Assembly: GCA_965112155.1 (NCBI GenBank)
Contig: OZ218107.1
Direction: 5' to 3' (one strand)
Length of the DNA: 64,000 nucleotides
DNA from: Podarcis liolepis
Taxonomy: Eukaryota
Both the position numbers and the translations under genes were made by a program. Every line of letters starts with the position of its first letter. Position 1 is the first letter of the stretch. The notes under the pieces were generated by a model. It made no database searches, had not been told where the DNA came from, and worked only from the letters and a program-made list of their open reading frames with translations. Of this stretch, positions 40,002-51,800 are shown piece after piece.

Positions 40002-40034
<33 letters not shown>

Positions 40035-40868
40035 AGTGGGGGAGAGGTAAACTTTCGCACGAACCTTTTTTTACTTTCTGTTATATTACTTTACATTTAC
40101 TGCAACTATAAATCAGAGCCTTTGGGAATGAGTAGGATTTAAAAACACAAAGAAACGTAAAAAGCTGATTGTGGTATTATTGCCATGCTGCATTCGAGAA
40201 ATATCTCCAGCTGTTTATGGACATTTCTCATGTAGCCTTCCTTCATTTTCACCTCACTTGCTCTCTGGTGTTTCTGTGTCTGTCTTGAACCTCTCCAATT
40301 CCTTGGGTGCTAATTACTTTTGGTTATGCAGAAGAAGTGGTGGTGCTAATTATGAGCTACTCTGAATGTTCAGAAGAAGCACAGAGGTGGGGGAGCACCA
40401 GTGACTCACATTCATTTTTTTTCTCTCTCTCTCTCTCCATTTGAGTGTTATCCAAAACAGGAAGATGCTCAGTTTTCCTTTAGGAGCTGCTAGCATTTGA
40501 ACTGGCAACCTTCAGCTCTGCATGCAATTATCCTGTGTGATAAGGCACTGAAGTATATGTTGCAACATCTTTCTAGGGCTGTTTAGTATCTTCTAGCCCA
40601 CGAACGGCCCTGCTGGCCATTGGAGCCTCTTAGTAAGAAACAGCTATATTAGGGATTTCTGTTCCAATTAAGCTTTTCTTGACCAACAAGGTCTTCCAGA
40701 GTTCTTTTCTGTTTGGTTATCCTCCAGTCCTTACTTCTGGCTTTGTTCTACAACTTCTGGCTTACAGCAAGTGGCTTCCCGCAGCACAGTTCTCACATCC
40801 AGAGAGAAATACTGGGATTCTCCCACCAAAGGAGATGTGTGCTTCTACCCTTCAGCAGAGGTCTAGAA

Positions 40869-41301
40869 CAGGGGTAGGCAAACTAAGGCCCGGGGGCCGG
40901 ATCCAGCCCAATGCCTTCTCAATCCAGCCCGCGGACGGTCTGGGAATCAGTGTGTTTTTACATGAGTAGAATGTGTCCTTTTATTTAAAACGCATCTCTG
41001 GGTTATTTGTGGGGCATAGGAATTCGTTCATATTCCCCCCCCCCAAAAAAAAATTATAGTCTGGGCCCCCACAGTGTGGTGTAGTGGTTAAGAGCGATAG
41101 TCTTGTAATCTGGGGAACCGGGTTCGCTTCCCTGCTCCTCCACATGCAGCTGCTGGGTGACCTTGGGCCAGTCACACTTCTCTGAAGTCTCTCAGCCCCA
41201 CTCACCTCACAGAGTGTTTGTTGTGGGGAAGGAAGGGAAAGGAGAATGTTAGCCGCTTTGAGTCTCCTTCTGGTAGTGATAAAGCGGGATATCAAATCCA
41301 A

Positions 41302-41347
<46 letters not shown>

Positions 41348-41447
41348 TTCTTCTTCTTCTTCTTCTTCTTCTTCTTCTTCTTCTTCTTCTTCACAAGTCT
41401 GAGGGACAGTGGACCGGCCCCCTGCTGAAAAAATTTGCTGACCCCTG
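40869..41447 (-). mobile_element. hAT-type MITE, family A, interrupted by a SINE
   Basis: TIRs CAGGGGT/ACCCCTG, TSD gtctagaa/gcctagaa; the body is split by 41071-41392. Confidence 0.88.
41071..41392 (+). mobile_element. tRNA-derived SINE with (CTA)n(CTT)n tail
   Basis: A/B-box head, MIR/CORE-like middle and a compound trinucleotide tail at 41302-41391. Confidence 0.88.
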
Positions 41448-43272
41448 GCCTAGAACTACCAGAAAAGGAAGCGCAAGTCACTTGCTCATACTCACTTTTG
41501 AAGCTCTGGTGGCCACTAGAAACTACCATTCTCTGCATCTTTGTATACCACTTGGAGACATTTTTTGGCCAAGTGCTTTATAAATCTTTTGAATAAAAAT
41601 AAGGGAAGCATGCAGAACTTCAAATTTAAAATGATACAAATTCCAGAGAAATTGTGCAGCAAAAGGAAGCATAGTTTTCCTAGGGAGTATTTCACCAGCC
41701 GTCTATTTCAGATATATGTTTTCTGGGAATTATATGGGAGAATGGCCCAGTGACAGCAATGTAACCCATGTATTTGGGCTGGAGGTTGGGGGGTTAGCCA
41801 GCAAGTGCAGCGTTCAGTGAGCAAGACAGCATGTTAATAACAGTAACCATAGTAGTGATCATCCAGAGGAGACCATGCAGTGTACTGTAGTTCTTCTGAG
41901 TTCAACAGGACTAAATCATTTACAGACAACTTTTCTAGGCAAGCTAAATCCTAACAGTTAACAAAATAAAATCCCCGTTGAACCACTGTCCCTCATAGTG
42001 CCTCCCCTTGTCCGTTTTAACACACCAAAGGCACTTAATTGATCAGTCTGTAAAGCACTGGGGATGCCCTTCTGTGCAAAACACTGTTATATTGGTTACA
42101 GATGTCAAACCACTGAAACAGAACACTAATTGATGAAGTGGTAAAGGGAGAGATGTAACATTAGATTTCTGCTTAAAAATGGTATGCAAGCACATTACAT
42201 ACAAACTACCTTTCTGAGATGGCTCATATGAACTTCTGTCTGTCCAAATTCACTAAAGTCCATGTCAATAGCCTCTCTTTTTAAACGGGCTTTGCCTCAA
42301 TAAATACTGGCAGTCTTCAAGCCAGTCTTGTTGAGATTTTTGCTGCCATGGACAAATATGGCTAATATTCCACCATTTGCTGTCAAAGTGAAAACATCCT
42401 CAGGTCACACAGGATGTAGTAAGTTTAGAAGGTGAATGCCGTGTCATAAACTTTGACAGCTGCTGACTCCAAGTACTTCTCTGTTGCTTCTTTGCCCAAA
42501 AGAACAATTTATAAATTACTTGCTTTCATGGCCCACCTTTTACCATATGTTCCCAGGGTAGGTGACGGAAATATAACAATTAAAACTGTACATTTGAAAA
42601 TCATTTGGAAATAGAAACCACAAAAACAATCAGTGTCAGAAAAAAAGAAAACAGTAGTACAGAGCTGCAGCACAGAGCAATGGAGAACAATTAAATTCAT
42701 CTCACACAGCATTCCAATATTGCCAGACCACTTCATAAGGGACAAATTGCCTCCCTGTGCTTGAGCTACATATTCCGTGGCTCTCAAGCCCCAACATTTA
42801 ATTTCTGTTTGCTTGCTAAATGGTTCCTGCAGACTATCGCCAGCACATAAAGCCAGTGCTCAAAAATCGGCACTGACTGCCCATTTGCAACCAGGCCAGG
42901 TTCAAAGTTCTTGTATTAATTTATGAGGCCCTTAACTATTTGGGTCAGGATTCCTCAAGGATTGTCTTATTCCCTATATCCCTGCCCAATAATTGAGACC
43001 TTCAGCAGAATCACTGTTAGCAGCCACCCATGGTCTGAGTGCATCACCCAAATCCACCCAGAGCTCTGTGGGCCCAGTTTTATGGAACTCCCTTCCAGGT
43101 GATATCAGACAAACAAAATCTAGCAAATGTGCCCTAACAAACGTCCAGTGTCTACTGAAATGTTTGTTGTTGTTGTTGTTGTTCCATCAAGCATTTTAAC
43201 TGAAGTCTGATTTTATAGTGTAACTGATTTTTATTTTAGGTATTGTATCTCTGTAAACCACATAGAGACAAG

Positions 43273-43658
43273 TAAAGGTAAAGGGACCCCTGACAGTTAA
43301 GTCCAGTCACAAACGACTCTTGGGTTGCGGTGCTCATCTCACTTTACAGACCGAGGGAGCAGGTGTTTGTCCGCTTCCGCGGACAGTTTTTTTAGGTCAT
43401 GTGGCCAGCATGACTAAGCCGCTTCTGGCGCAGTGGAACACTGACACCAGAGCAGCGCACGGAAAGGCCCTTTACCTTCCTGCAGGATCGGCACCTATTG
43501 ATCTACTTGCACTTTTTGGCGTGCTTTTGAACTGCTAGGTTGACAGGAGCTGGGACTGAGCAACGGGAGTTCACCCTGTTGCAGGGATTCGAACTGCTGA
43601 CCTTTTGATCGGCAAGCCCAAGGCTCAGTGGTTTAGACCACAGCGCTACACGCGTCCC
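43273..43658 (-). mobile_element. Sauria SINE, full length
   Basis: Reverse complement of the Sauria SINE pattern; TSD agagacaagta at 43264-43274 and 43660-43670. Confidence 0.92.
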
Positions 43659-45558
43659 AAGAGACAAGTAGTTAAATGATATATATGTTATTCAAATAAA
43701 ATAATAAAATAAATGCACATGTTCCCTATTCTTTAAAAAGATGAATATAAAACACCAGACATTTTAAACTTTGTTAAAGCCATGCCTGAGGTAGCAGTCA
43801 CCATCATGCTCAGTTTAAAAATAACTTTCATCATGATGCTAAATTGAATACTAGGAGTACATTCTGGCAGTGGTGGCACCAGAAAAAAATGGGGGGGGGG
43901 GAGGACAGAAAGGGTAATGTTTCAGAAATGGGGGACAAGTGAGGAGCTGAACTCCTTGTTTTTTGGGGGGTGCTTTTCCATGCAAACTTTGGGATCTAGC
44001 AATGAAATCCCACTTTTAATCCAGTACAGAAGATGATGCGATTCAAGTGCTATTGAAAATTCATTTTGAATATTTGCAATCCTTACCTACTTTAATAGGA
44101 GGTTTCCTGCACATTAAGGATTTGTGTGGTTAGGCTTTGGTAAGTATAAAATCCACACACCCCTGAAATATTGCTAACATTTAGGAATGTGTTCAATTTA
44201 TTTCTCAACTGCAATGATCTTTCACAAGTTCTTGACAGCATAATCTCCCCCTTTCCACAAATACTAAGGCACTATTTTTTTAAAAAAATGCAGCAATATG
44301 TTTCCCCAAACTTGCAAAGGCCATGCAGTGCAGGAATACTGGATGTGATGGGTAGAATGAGCTAAAGTGAAGCTGCTCTCAATAAGCTGTACAATTGCAG
44401 CTATTAAAACATAAGCCCTTTTTGCCCTAAGCAAACATGCTGAATTCGAAGGGAACAACAAAAAGGCATCCCCTTCCCCAGTTTGTGTGGTTAAATTACA
44501 TTTATCAAACAAACAAGTCAAGGCTCGCTTTGGTGCCTGTTACCACCCAAAAAGCTCAGCCGGAGGAATCTCCACATTGTGAGAGTTGTTGGACCAAAAC
44601 GTGGTTTGCTTGAGTCTCACTGAAGTATTTCTGTATCTGGTAGAATAAAGGCTTCCTTCCTGAAGCTGTTAAACCACTTGCTCTTCTGCTCCATCTCTCT
44701 GAAGCCCTGGTAAGCCCTGCTGAAGCAGCTCAGCTGGAAGCAATACCTCCCAGCACACAGCATCTGGCAGAACTTCTTCGGCTGATCTTGGAGAGATCAG
44801 GCTCACACAGAATTCTATACTGGATGAATACCAACCTAGATGCTGATGGTGGAGGAGTGTGCTTGTGAACTGGAGATGCCCACCTTACAAGAAATCCATC
44901 CAATCTCAAAACCCAGGGCATTTATTTGTTTCTGCAAATCAAAACAAAAATTCCAGTGACAGAAAACTGATAGAAGTTTCAGATTCCCAGATAATGGCAG
45001 CCCTAATAGGATGTTTGGAAATCTCTTCTTCCTAGCTACCAGCTCATAACTCACTCAACTCCGATTTTAAATTAATTGTCTTGTGTGTTACTTGTTTTTC
45101 TGCATTATAAATTGGCTTGATTGCTAATTTTATTCCAGTTGTTATTATTGCCCTAGAGTGTGTTTTGAATGGGGAGGGCTTGCTATATACATTCAAGAAC
45201 ACTTTCATTATTGCTGTTCTTGTAACTGTTACATAGTTTTAAATGCTTTTTTAAAATGTTATTAATGTCTTTAAATGTTCTGAATATGTTTTATTTTATT
45301 TTTAATTGTATTGCTTTTACTTCATTGTTGTTTGCTGCCCTGGGCTCCTTTGGAAGGAAGGTCGTGATATAAATGTAATGGTAGATAGATTAATGGAAAA
45401 AAATCAAAGAATACACAGCATTCCATGAAACAGATCATTCAAAACTCTTCCAATAAAACTGACAGAATCCTGTGGATCTTTTTGGTGTCTGCCCTTTCCC
45501 ACCTTCCCTTTTTGCTATGTACTGTCAGCTTAGTTAGTGGGATTATGTCAGCCGAAAG

Positions 45559-45845
45559 CAGGCATGGCCAAACTTGGGACTACAATTCCCATCATCCTGA
45601 CCACCACTAGTCCTGTTAGCTAGGGATGATGGGAGTTGTAGTCAGTGGCGTAGCGTGGGTTGTCAGCACCCGGGGCAAGGCAAGTAATTTGCGCCCCCTA
45701 ACCCGTGGATTTGCGCCCCCTAACCCGTGGATTTGCCTAACCCCCAGATGTTGCGCCCGGTGCGGCCGGCCCCCCCTGCACCCCCCACGCTACGCCACTG
45801 GTTGTAGTCCCAAAACATCTGGAGGGCCAAGTTTGGCCGTGCCTG
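45559..45845. mobile_element. hAT MITE family B with nested 158-bp hAT MITE (45643-45800)
   Basis: Outer TIRs CAGGCATGGCCAAACTTGG and TSD gccgaaag/gcctaaag. Inner 17-bp perfect TIRs CAGTGGCGTAGCGTGGG and perfect TSD gttgtagt. Confidence 0.9.
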
Positions 45846-47160
45846 GCCTAAAGAGATACATTTGTATTATTGTTCGATGATTTCTTTAAAATGTATGAAA
45901 ATCCCAAAACAATGTAACACCATTTTGGTGTAACTGTTTTCTGGATTGTGTCCTAACATTTGTTGTTGTTTTTTAAAAAGGTAGCCTGCATTAAAGTGTT
46001 TTGTTTTGTTTTTTGTCCGGGGGGGCGGCGACACCAAACGGACCACATAGAAGCGAGCAAGCCCAGACCATGGAGTACAGTACCATCAGCTCCTGAAAGA
46101 ACCATCAATAGCCTGAGATAACTGTTGGGACACCCTCTCCCTCACCTTTCTGGGGGTTACTAAAGGCAGAACTGTGCCTTGAGAGAAGGCAGAACTGAAG
46201 AAGCTAAGGTCAGGAGCACATCCCATCAGCTCCTGAAGAGCTCAACAGTCACCCTGAGAGGACTCTGTTGGACTATATTTTACACCATGGAGCAATGGTA
46301 TAGTCACCAACTGTAGGCAAGGGTGGTCTACATTTTGGGGGCCCTACCCCAAAGAAGGTAACTCAGATTTTGAAGTCAAAATATGCCAAATGCAATATCC
46401 CCTTTGTTTTCCTTCTGCCCCCCTGTGATGACCTCCAGCAACTTATAGATACACACACACACACAAAGTTGTCTGCAATAACAAAACATAATACAGCTAT
46501 CAACCAATAAACTCTAATACAGTAATTCCTTCTTTTAATGCTTTACATTAGAAGTGAAGTCTCCACAGTAAACAAATAGTGTTATGTGCCAGACCAATAC
46601 TTATATTCAGTAAAAGCCTGGGAGGCAGAGGTGCAACTTGAATAATATATTGGGGGGGGGGTAGGTAAGCTCCACCAGGTAAACCCTTTCCCTAGGAGTT
46701 GGCTCTTATTTCTGGGACGACAGATTTGTTTTTAAGATATGCCCAAACCCTAATGTGGTTAGTGCATGCCTAACTGGGGTGGACGGGCTCTTCTTTATGG
46801 TAGGTGCCACCTCTGACTACCTGGAGACCCTCGGCTGATCAGAGCACTGAACAGCACTCACAGGTTAGACATTATATATATCTTCAAGTGACAATGAGAG
46901 GTTGGACAGAATGCTGTGGGCTATGGAAAAGAGAAGTGGGAAATCCTGCAGGATTGTTGCAACTGCAAACCTTTGCAAAATAATTTTGGAGTAAGGTGCC
47001 ATAGTTGGACTAACTGCTGAGTTAACATAATTAGGATTGGATCGTCCATTGTGTATTTGAAGAAAAGTAGTAGGCTGTGTGCACAGCACACATAAAGTGC
47101 ACCCTTTCCCCAGGAACTCTAGTGTTTATCCCTGGCAGAGTTACAATTCCCAGCACCCTA

Positions 47161-47683
47161 ATAATAATAATAATTTTATTACTTATACCCCAGCTACTCT
47201 GGGCGGCTTCCAACAGAATATTAAAAACACAATAAAATATCAAACATTAAAACTTCCCTAAACAGGGCTGCCTTCAGATGTCTTCTAAAAGTAGATAGTT
47301 GTTTATTTCCTTGACATCTGATGGGAGGGTGTTCCGCAGGGCGGGCACCACTGCCAAGAAGGCCCTCTGCCTGGTTCGCTGTAACCTCACTTCTCAGAGA
47401 GGGAACCACCAGAAGGCCCTTGGAGCTGGACCTCAGTGTCCGTGTCCGGGCTGAATGATGGGGGTGGAGATGCTCCTTCAGGTACACTGGGCAAAGGCCG
47501 TTTAGGGCTTTAAAGGTCAGCACCAACACTTTGAATTGTGCTCAGAAACTTACTGGGAGCCAATGTAGGTCTTTCAGGACCGGTGTTATATGGTCTTGGT
47601 GGCCACTCCCAGTCACCAGTCTAGCTGATGCATTCTGGATTAATTGTAGTTTCTGGGTCACCTTCAAAGGTAGTCCCACGTAG
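47161..47683 (-). mobile_element. L2-type LINE 3' fragment
   Basis: KVLVLTFKALNGLCPVYLKEHL...RTLRSS motif and a (TTA)n tail. Confidence 0.85.
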
Positions 47684-48899
47684 AAAGTACAGCTCCTGGG
47701 ATTCTTTGGGGAAGGTGTGATTTAATCTCGTGGCATTTCAGATGTTGTTGGACTCCAACTCCCATGAGCTCCAGCCAGCACGGTCAGTGGAGAGGTGTGA
47801 TGAGAGCCGCAGTCCAGCAACAACCCAGAACAAGCAGGAACAGCTCACAGTCTTGGTGAAGGTGGAAGGGATTTGTGGCAGAAAAAAGATGCCCAGCACC
47901 ATATGCCTGAAGACGGGGCAGATTGCGTAGTACACAGCTGGAACAGCATCAGAATGTTATTACATGAACACCACTAGGAAGCGGAGTTTTAGAAGCTGAA
48001 ACAGAGGCTGCATAGCATGACTTACCCCCCAAGAATCATGGGAAATGTAGTTTGTCACGGGTGCTGGGAATTGCTCTGTGAAGGGTAAACTGCAGTTCCA
48101 AATGTCATGTGCTTTACATGTGAGTCTAATTGTCAGGGAAGCATAAGATGGGTAAAGGGGGGGGGGGTGCCAGCTCTCATTAAGATTTATTATTACGCGA
48201 GTTTTGTAGTCCCGAAGCTTAACGACAGATGGTGGTGTAACTCCACCAATTTAGTCACTCCTTTGCTGTGTTAAGGAAGATTCCCCTTGATTTGATTTCG
48301 GTTTTTCAAAGCCGGCGTGTTCTTCCCTTCCCGAACTATCTCCGTTAACATTTGGGGGCGGGCGGGAGAAGTGTGTGCGTGTGTGCGCGCAGAGAGGAAT
48401 AATCCCATTTTGAAGAACACCCTGTTTATTGTTTTGTTCCTTGCCTTTACAAACAATCATAATGAAAAATGGCAATCTGATCTACACACAGCCGCAAGGA
48501 AAAGACATACATTAAATTAATTAAAAGAAGACGTTTGAAATAGGGTTGTTTGAAGCGAGGAATAGAATGCAACTCGGATTGGACTGAAAATATCAAGCCC
48601 AAAACAGGAACAAAGGCGGGCGGGGGAGGACCCAGTTTGTATTTAAAGCAGAAAGTGAAGGGGTAATTCATGCTTAATAACCACTTTGATTTCAAAAGTA
48701 TAAGGACCCTGGGGTGGGGCGAGGGGGGGAATTGTTTTGTGTGTTTTACTGCGTGGTGCACTTTGCCATGCACAAACAACAACAACAACAACACACTGTG
48801 CTCACTCCCTTTTTAGCAGGTCAACTTCAAAGTAAGTTGTTCCCACTGTAAGGAATCCTTACTCCTAAGAAAATGTACTAAAGATCGACCTCCTAATCC

Positions 48900-51800
48900 A
48901 GTTTCAGGAGAAGGCGCGCGCGCGCGCACACACACACACACACAAGCGCACCTCGTCTCGCCAGGTGGGTAGTATCCCCCTTGAGTACAACAAGGCGATT
49001 ATCTGCGGGAACTGGAGAGATCTGAAAGCTCTCCTTTGAAACAAAAGGCAGTCTAAAAATTCAGAGTTAAAACTAAGGCGAAACGAGGAACTCCAAGAGG
49101 CGCGAGATCTGGGACAGGTTTTGAAGCAAGGGGGACGATTCAGTTTGAGCTCCTCTGTCTTTTCAATGGGGGGCGGGCGAGGGTTGGACTCGGCGGCTGC
49201 ATGTCAGAAATGCACACTCGGATCAAGCAGCCAAACGAACTTGGCCGCTGTCTGGGCTCCAGGCTTGGGCAGCTCCTGCGCCTTTTTGTCTGGTCCGCGG
49301 GCTTAACTCGTCACACGCACAAAAAGGATGGCGAAAGGAAACGGGTGACTCTCGCCCCGCCGCCGAAACTGTGCTCTGGACATGCCTGCCGGGAGATCGG
49401 GACCTTTGGGGATAACATCCCCACGCTGCCCCGGAGCCTTCTCGCCTGGCCCGGGCGCCGCGCTTGGGAAGGAGAGAGAAAACCACTACCTTGCGCCCCA
49501 AGGCTGCCGGCTGCGCGTTGTGAGCGAGCGAGCTGCCTGCTTTCCCGCTCGGTGAATTATTTCGTTTGAAGGTTCACGGGAGTTGTCTGGAGGCACTTAA
49601 GATCTGCCCAGAACGGGAGTATTCGTTCTCCGTTCATCTCGCCCCCAGATTCCTCTTGATGTCTGGCGCCCACACTGCTTAGAGAAACTTTTAATTATTA
49701 TTGCGGTTTCCTCAACTTCGAGGAACCCCCGAGTCGCAGGACTCACGCCCTGATCCTAAACAAATGAGCTTGGCAGTTAAATAAACTAAACTATAAGTGC
49801 CTGAATGGTTTCACGTAATCCCTACCATGTATGCTTAGCGACGCAGCCTAACGCTCCACGGCACATTTACTCGGAAACAAGCCACGCTGCAATCGCGGCC
49901 GAATAAATGCATTTAGGGACGAGGCGTGGGACTACTTAGAACTCCCTTCTTTGAAGTAACAAATAATCAAAGAGGAGGGAAAACAAAACAGAGAGAGAGC
50001 AAGTGTCCCATTGAAACCAGTGCGCCTTTCCTCCCAAGTAAACGTGCCTCTTAGGCTCCCGGTGCTAACGAGCCATCAAGGTTTATGAGCAACTCGAACA
50101 ATTAAAGAAGGCGGAGGTAAGACAAAAAGAGTTGCGAGAGGCAAATGAAGATGTTTTACGACCACCCATCAACAAGCACTCCGCGCCTTGCAGCAGTCAA
50201 TAGCCTGGAGTGCGCGTGTCCTTGGGCTGAACTTTCACCTCTCGAACCCGGTGGAGCCCTATTGGCTGAGAGTTAGCAATCTGGGTAGGAGAGAGCCCTC
50301 GGCTCTCCGCAAAACCTGCGTCCTGCGCACCTCCTGCTTTCTCTTCCCCCGCCTTCCCTTCCCTCTCAGACCTGAGCAAGGGAGGGGAAGGGTAGTCTCA
50401 TCTGCTGCCCAGGCGCCTCCAAACACACTCCGAAAAGTATGCCAGAGGAATGGCGGGAATAGCTGCTTTGCAGAACGCACATTTTTTTTAAACCCCACCA
50501 ATAATTGTCCAAACACGAGACGCACACGGTTCAAATCTTTGCACCTTTTTGCACTTCTCCGGCAGTGGAGCGATTGCAACCCCACAAAAAGGAAAGTTCA
50601 GCAAAGTGTGGCCGAGTCCTTTCCGACTTTTGTTTTTTTCACCCTCTCCTGTTTCTTGGGGGAAATCTTGAACTGGTGGGGGGGAAACAACCAGGGCAAA
50701 TTTGCTTTCATCTTATGAGTAAAGATGTGGGCAACGTCCAAATCCCAAGCGAAAGGAAAAATTTGCATAGTAATTCCTTTCTGTCCTTCCCGATACTCTT
50801 CCCCACCACTATCAACCGCGCGCGCGCGCTTTCCAACCGGCGGTGGGCAACCTATAATAACTGCGTCGCGAGAAACTTTCCCATTTGTGTAACACGCTAA
50901 GCTGAAAACAAACACTTCGCGTTATTTTTGAGCGACGGTCGTGTTCCATTCAGATCTTCGGTTAATTTAAAAGAACTTTTTGAATTCTCTTTAAAAGCGC
51001 TCAAAAAGTCCCACCAACAAATTAAATCCAAGGCAAGTCCGCGAGATTTTTATGTAGGATTTCCTTTTTTACTTCTTAATTAATCACCAACCAAGCACTA
51101 GCCTTGCAAAATGATGCAGAAAGATGAAAGCAAGTTGAACGATTAGAAACTTGCGATGCGGGTATTTCATTTTGTTTTACTGTTTTTAGAAACTTTCTCA
51201 CGGCCAAAAAAAGCCGGAATACTTGAATTTATTTATCTCGATTGCGCTTCCATATGCTCACGCGGTTTGAAAAATCTGATGTGCGCATCTATTTAAAATT
51301 AAAGTACTGCACTGTTGATCAGGCTTCCCTTCCCCTGCTTTTGGGGTGAGGGGCAACAACTGTTTCAGCTGGAAACGCGATCCGTGGCTGAAAGGTGTTG
51401 GGAAGGATATGTGGCGGTTGCCTGGCCGTTTTCATGGCTCTGCAAGGCGTGTGTGTAAAGCGCAGCGGGAAACCCCTTGTCAGACCCGAGCAGAAGTTGC
51501 AATGCACTTTCGGAGTTGTTCGCGTTGCGTGCAGTAAAGCTAGCTAGAGGTGCCACCACCAGACTCTTTAGGCTTTTGTTGACGTTATTAGCCATTGCAA
51601 CGCAGGAGATGGATGGGCTTTTAATTGCATCTCGTCCAAAAAGTTTCGTCGTCTTTTCTTGAGGAAGGGCGGGCGGGCGCTCGGTGGGCCTTAGTCGTCA
51701 GCCTGGAGGCCAGCAACTATGGCGGAAGGGAAGGGGGTTGTCGGTTCTCTAGTGTGCGAAACCGGAGCTCAGTCAAGGAAGCCAGTTTCGCTCTAGCAGC

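Noticed and set aside
40981-41583. ORFs with poly-K/S/T/L/F runs
   Set aside because: Translations of a SINE trinucleotide tail and a MITE.
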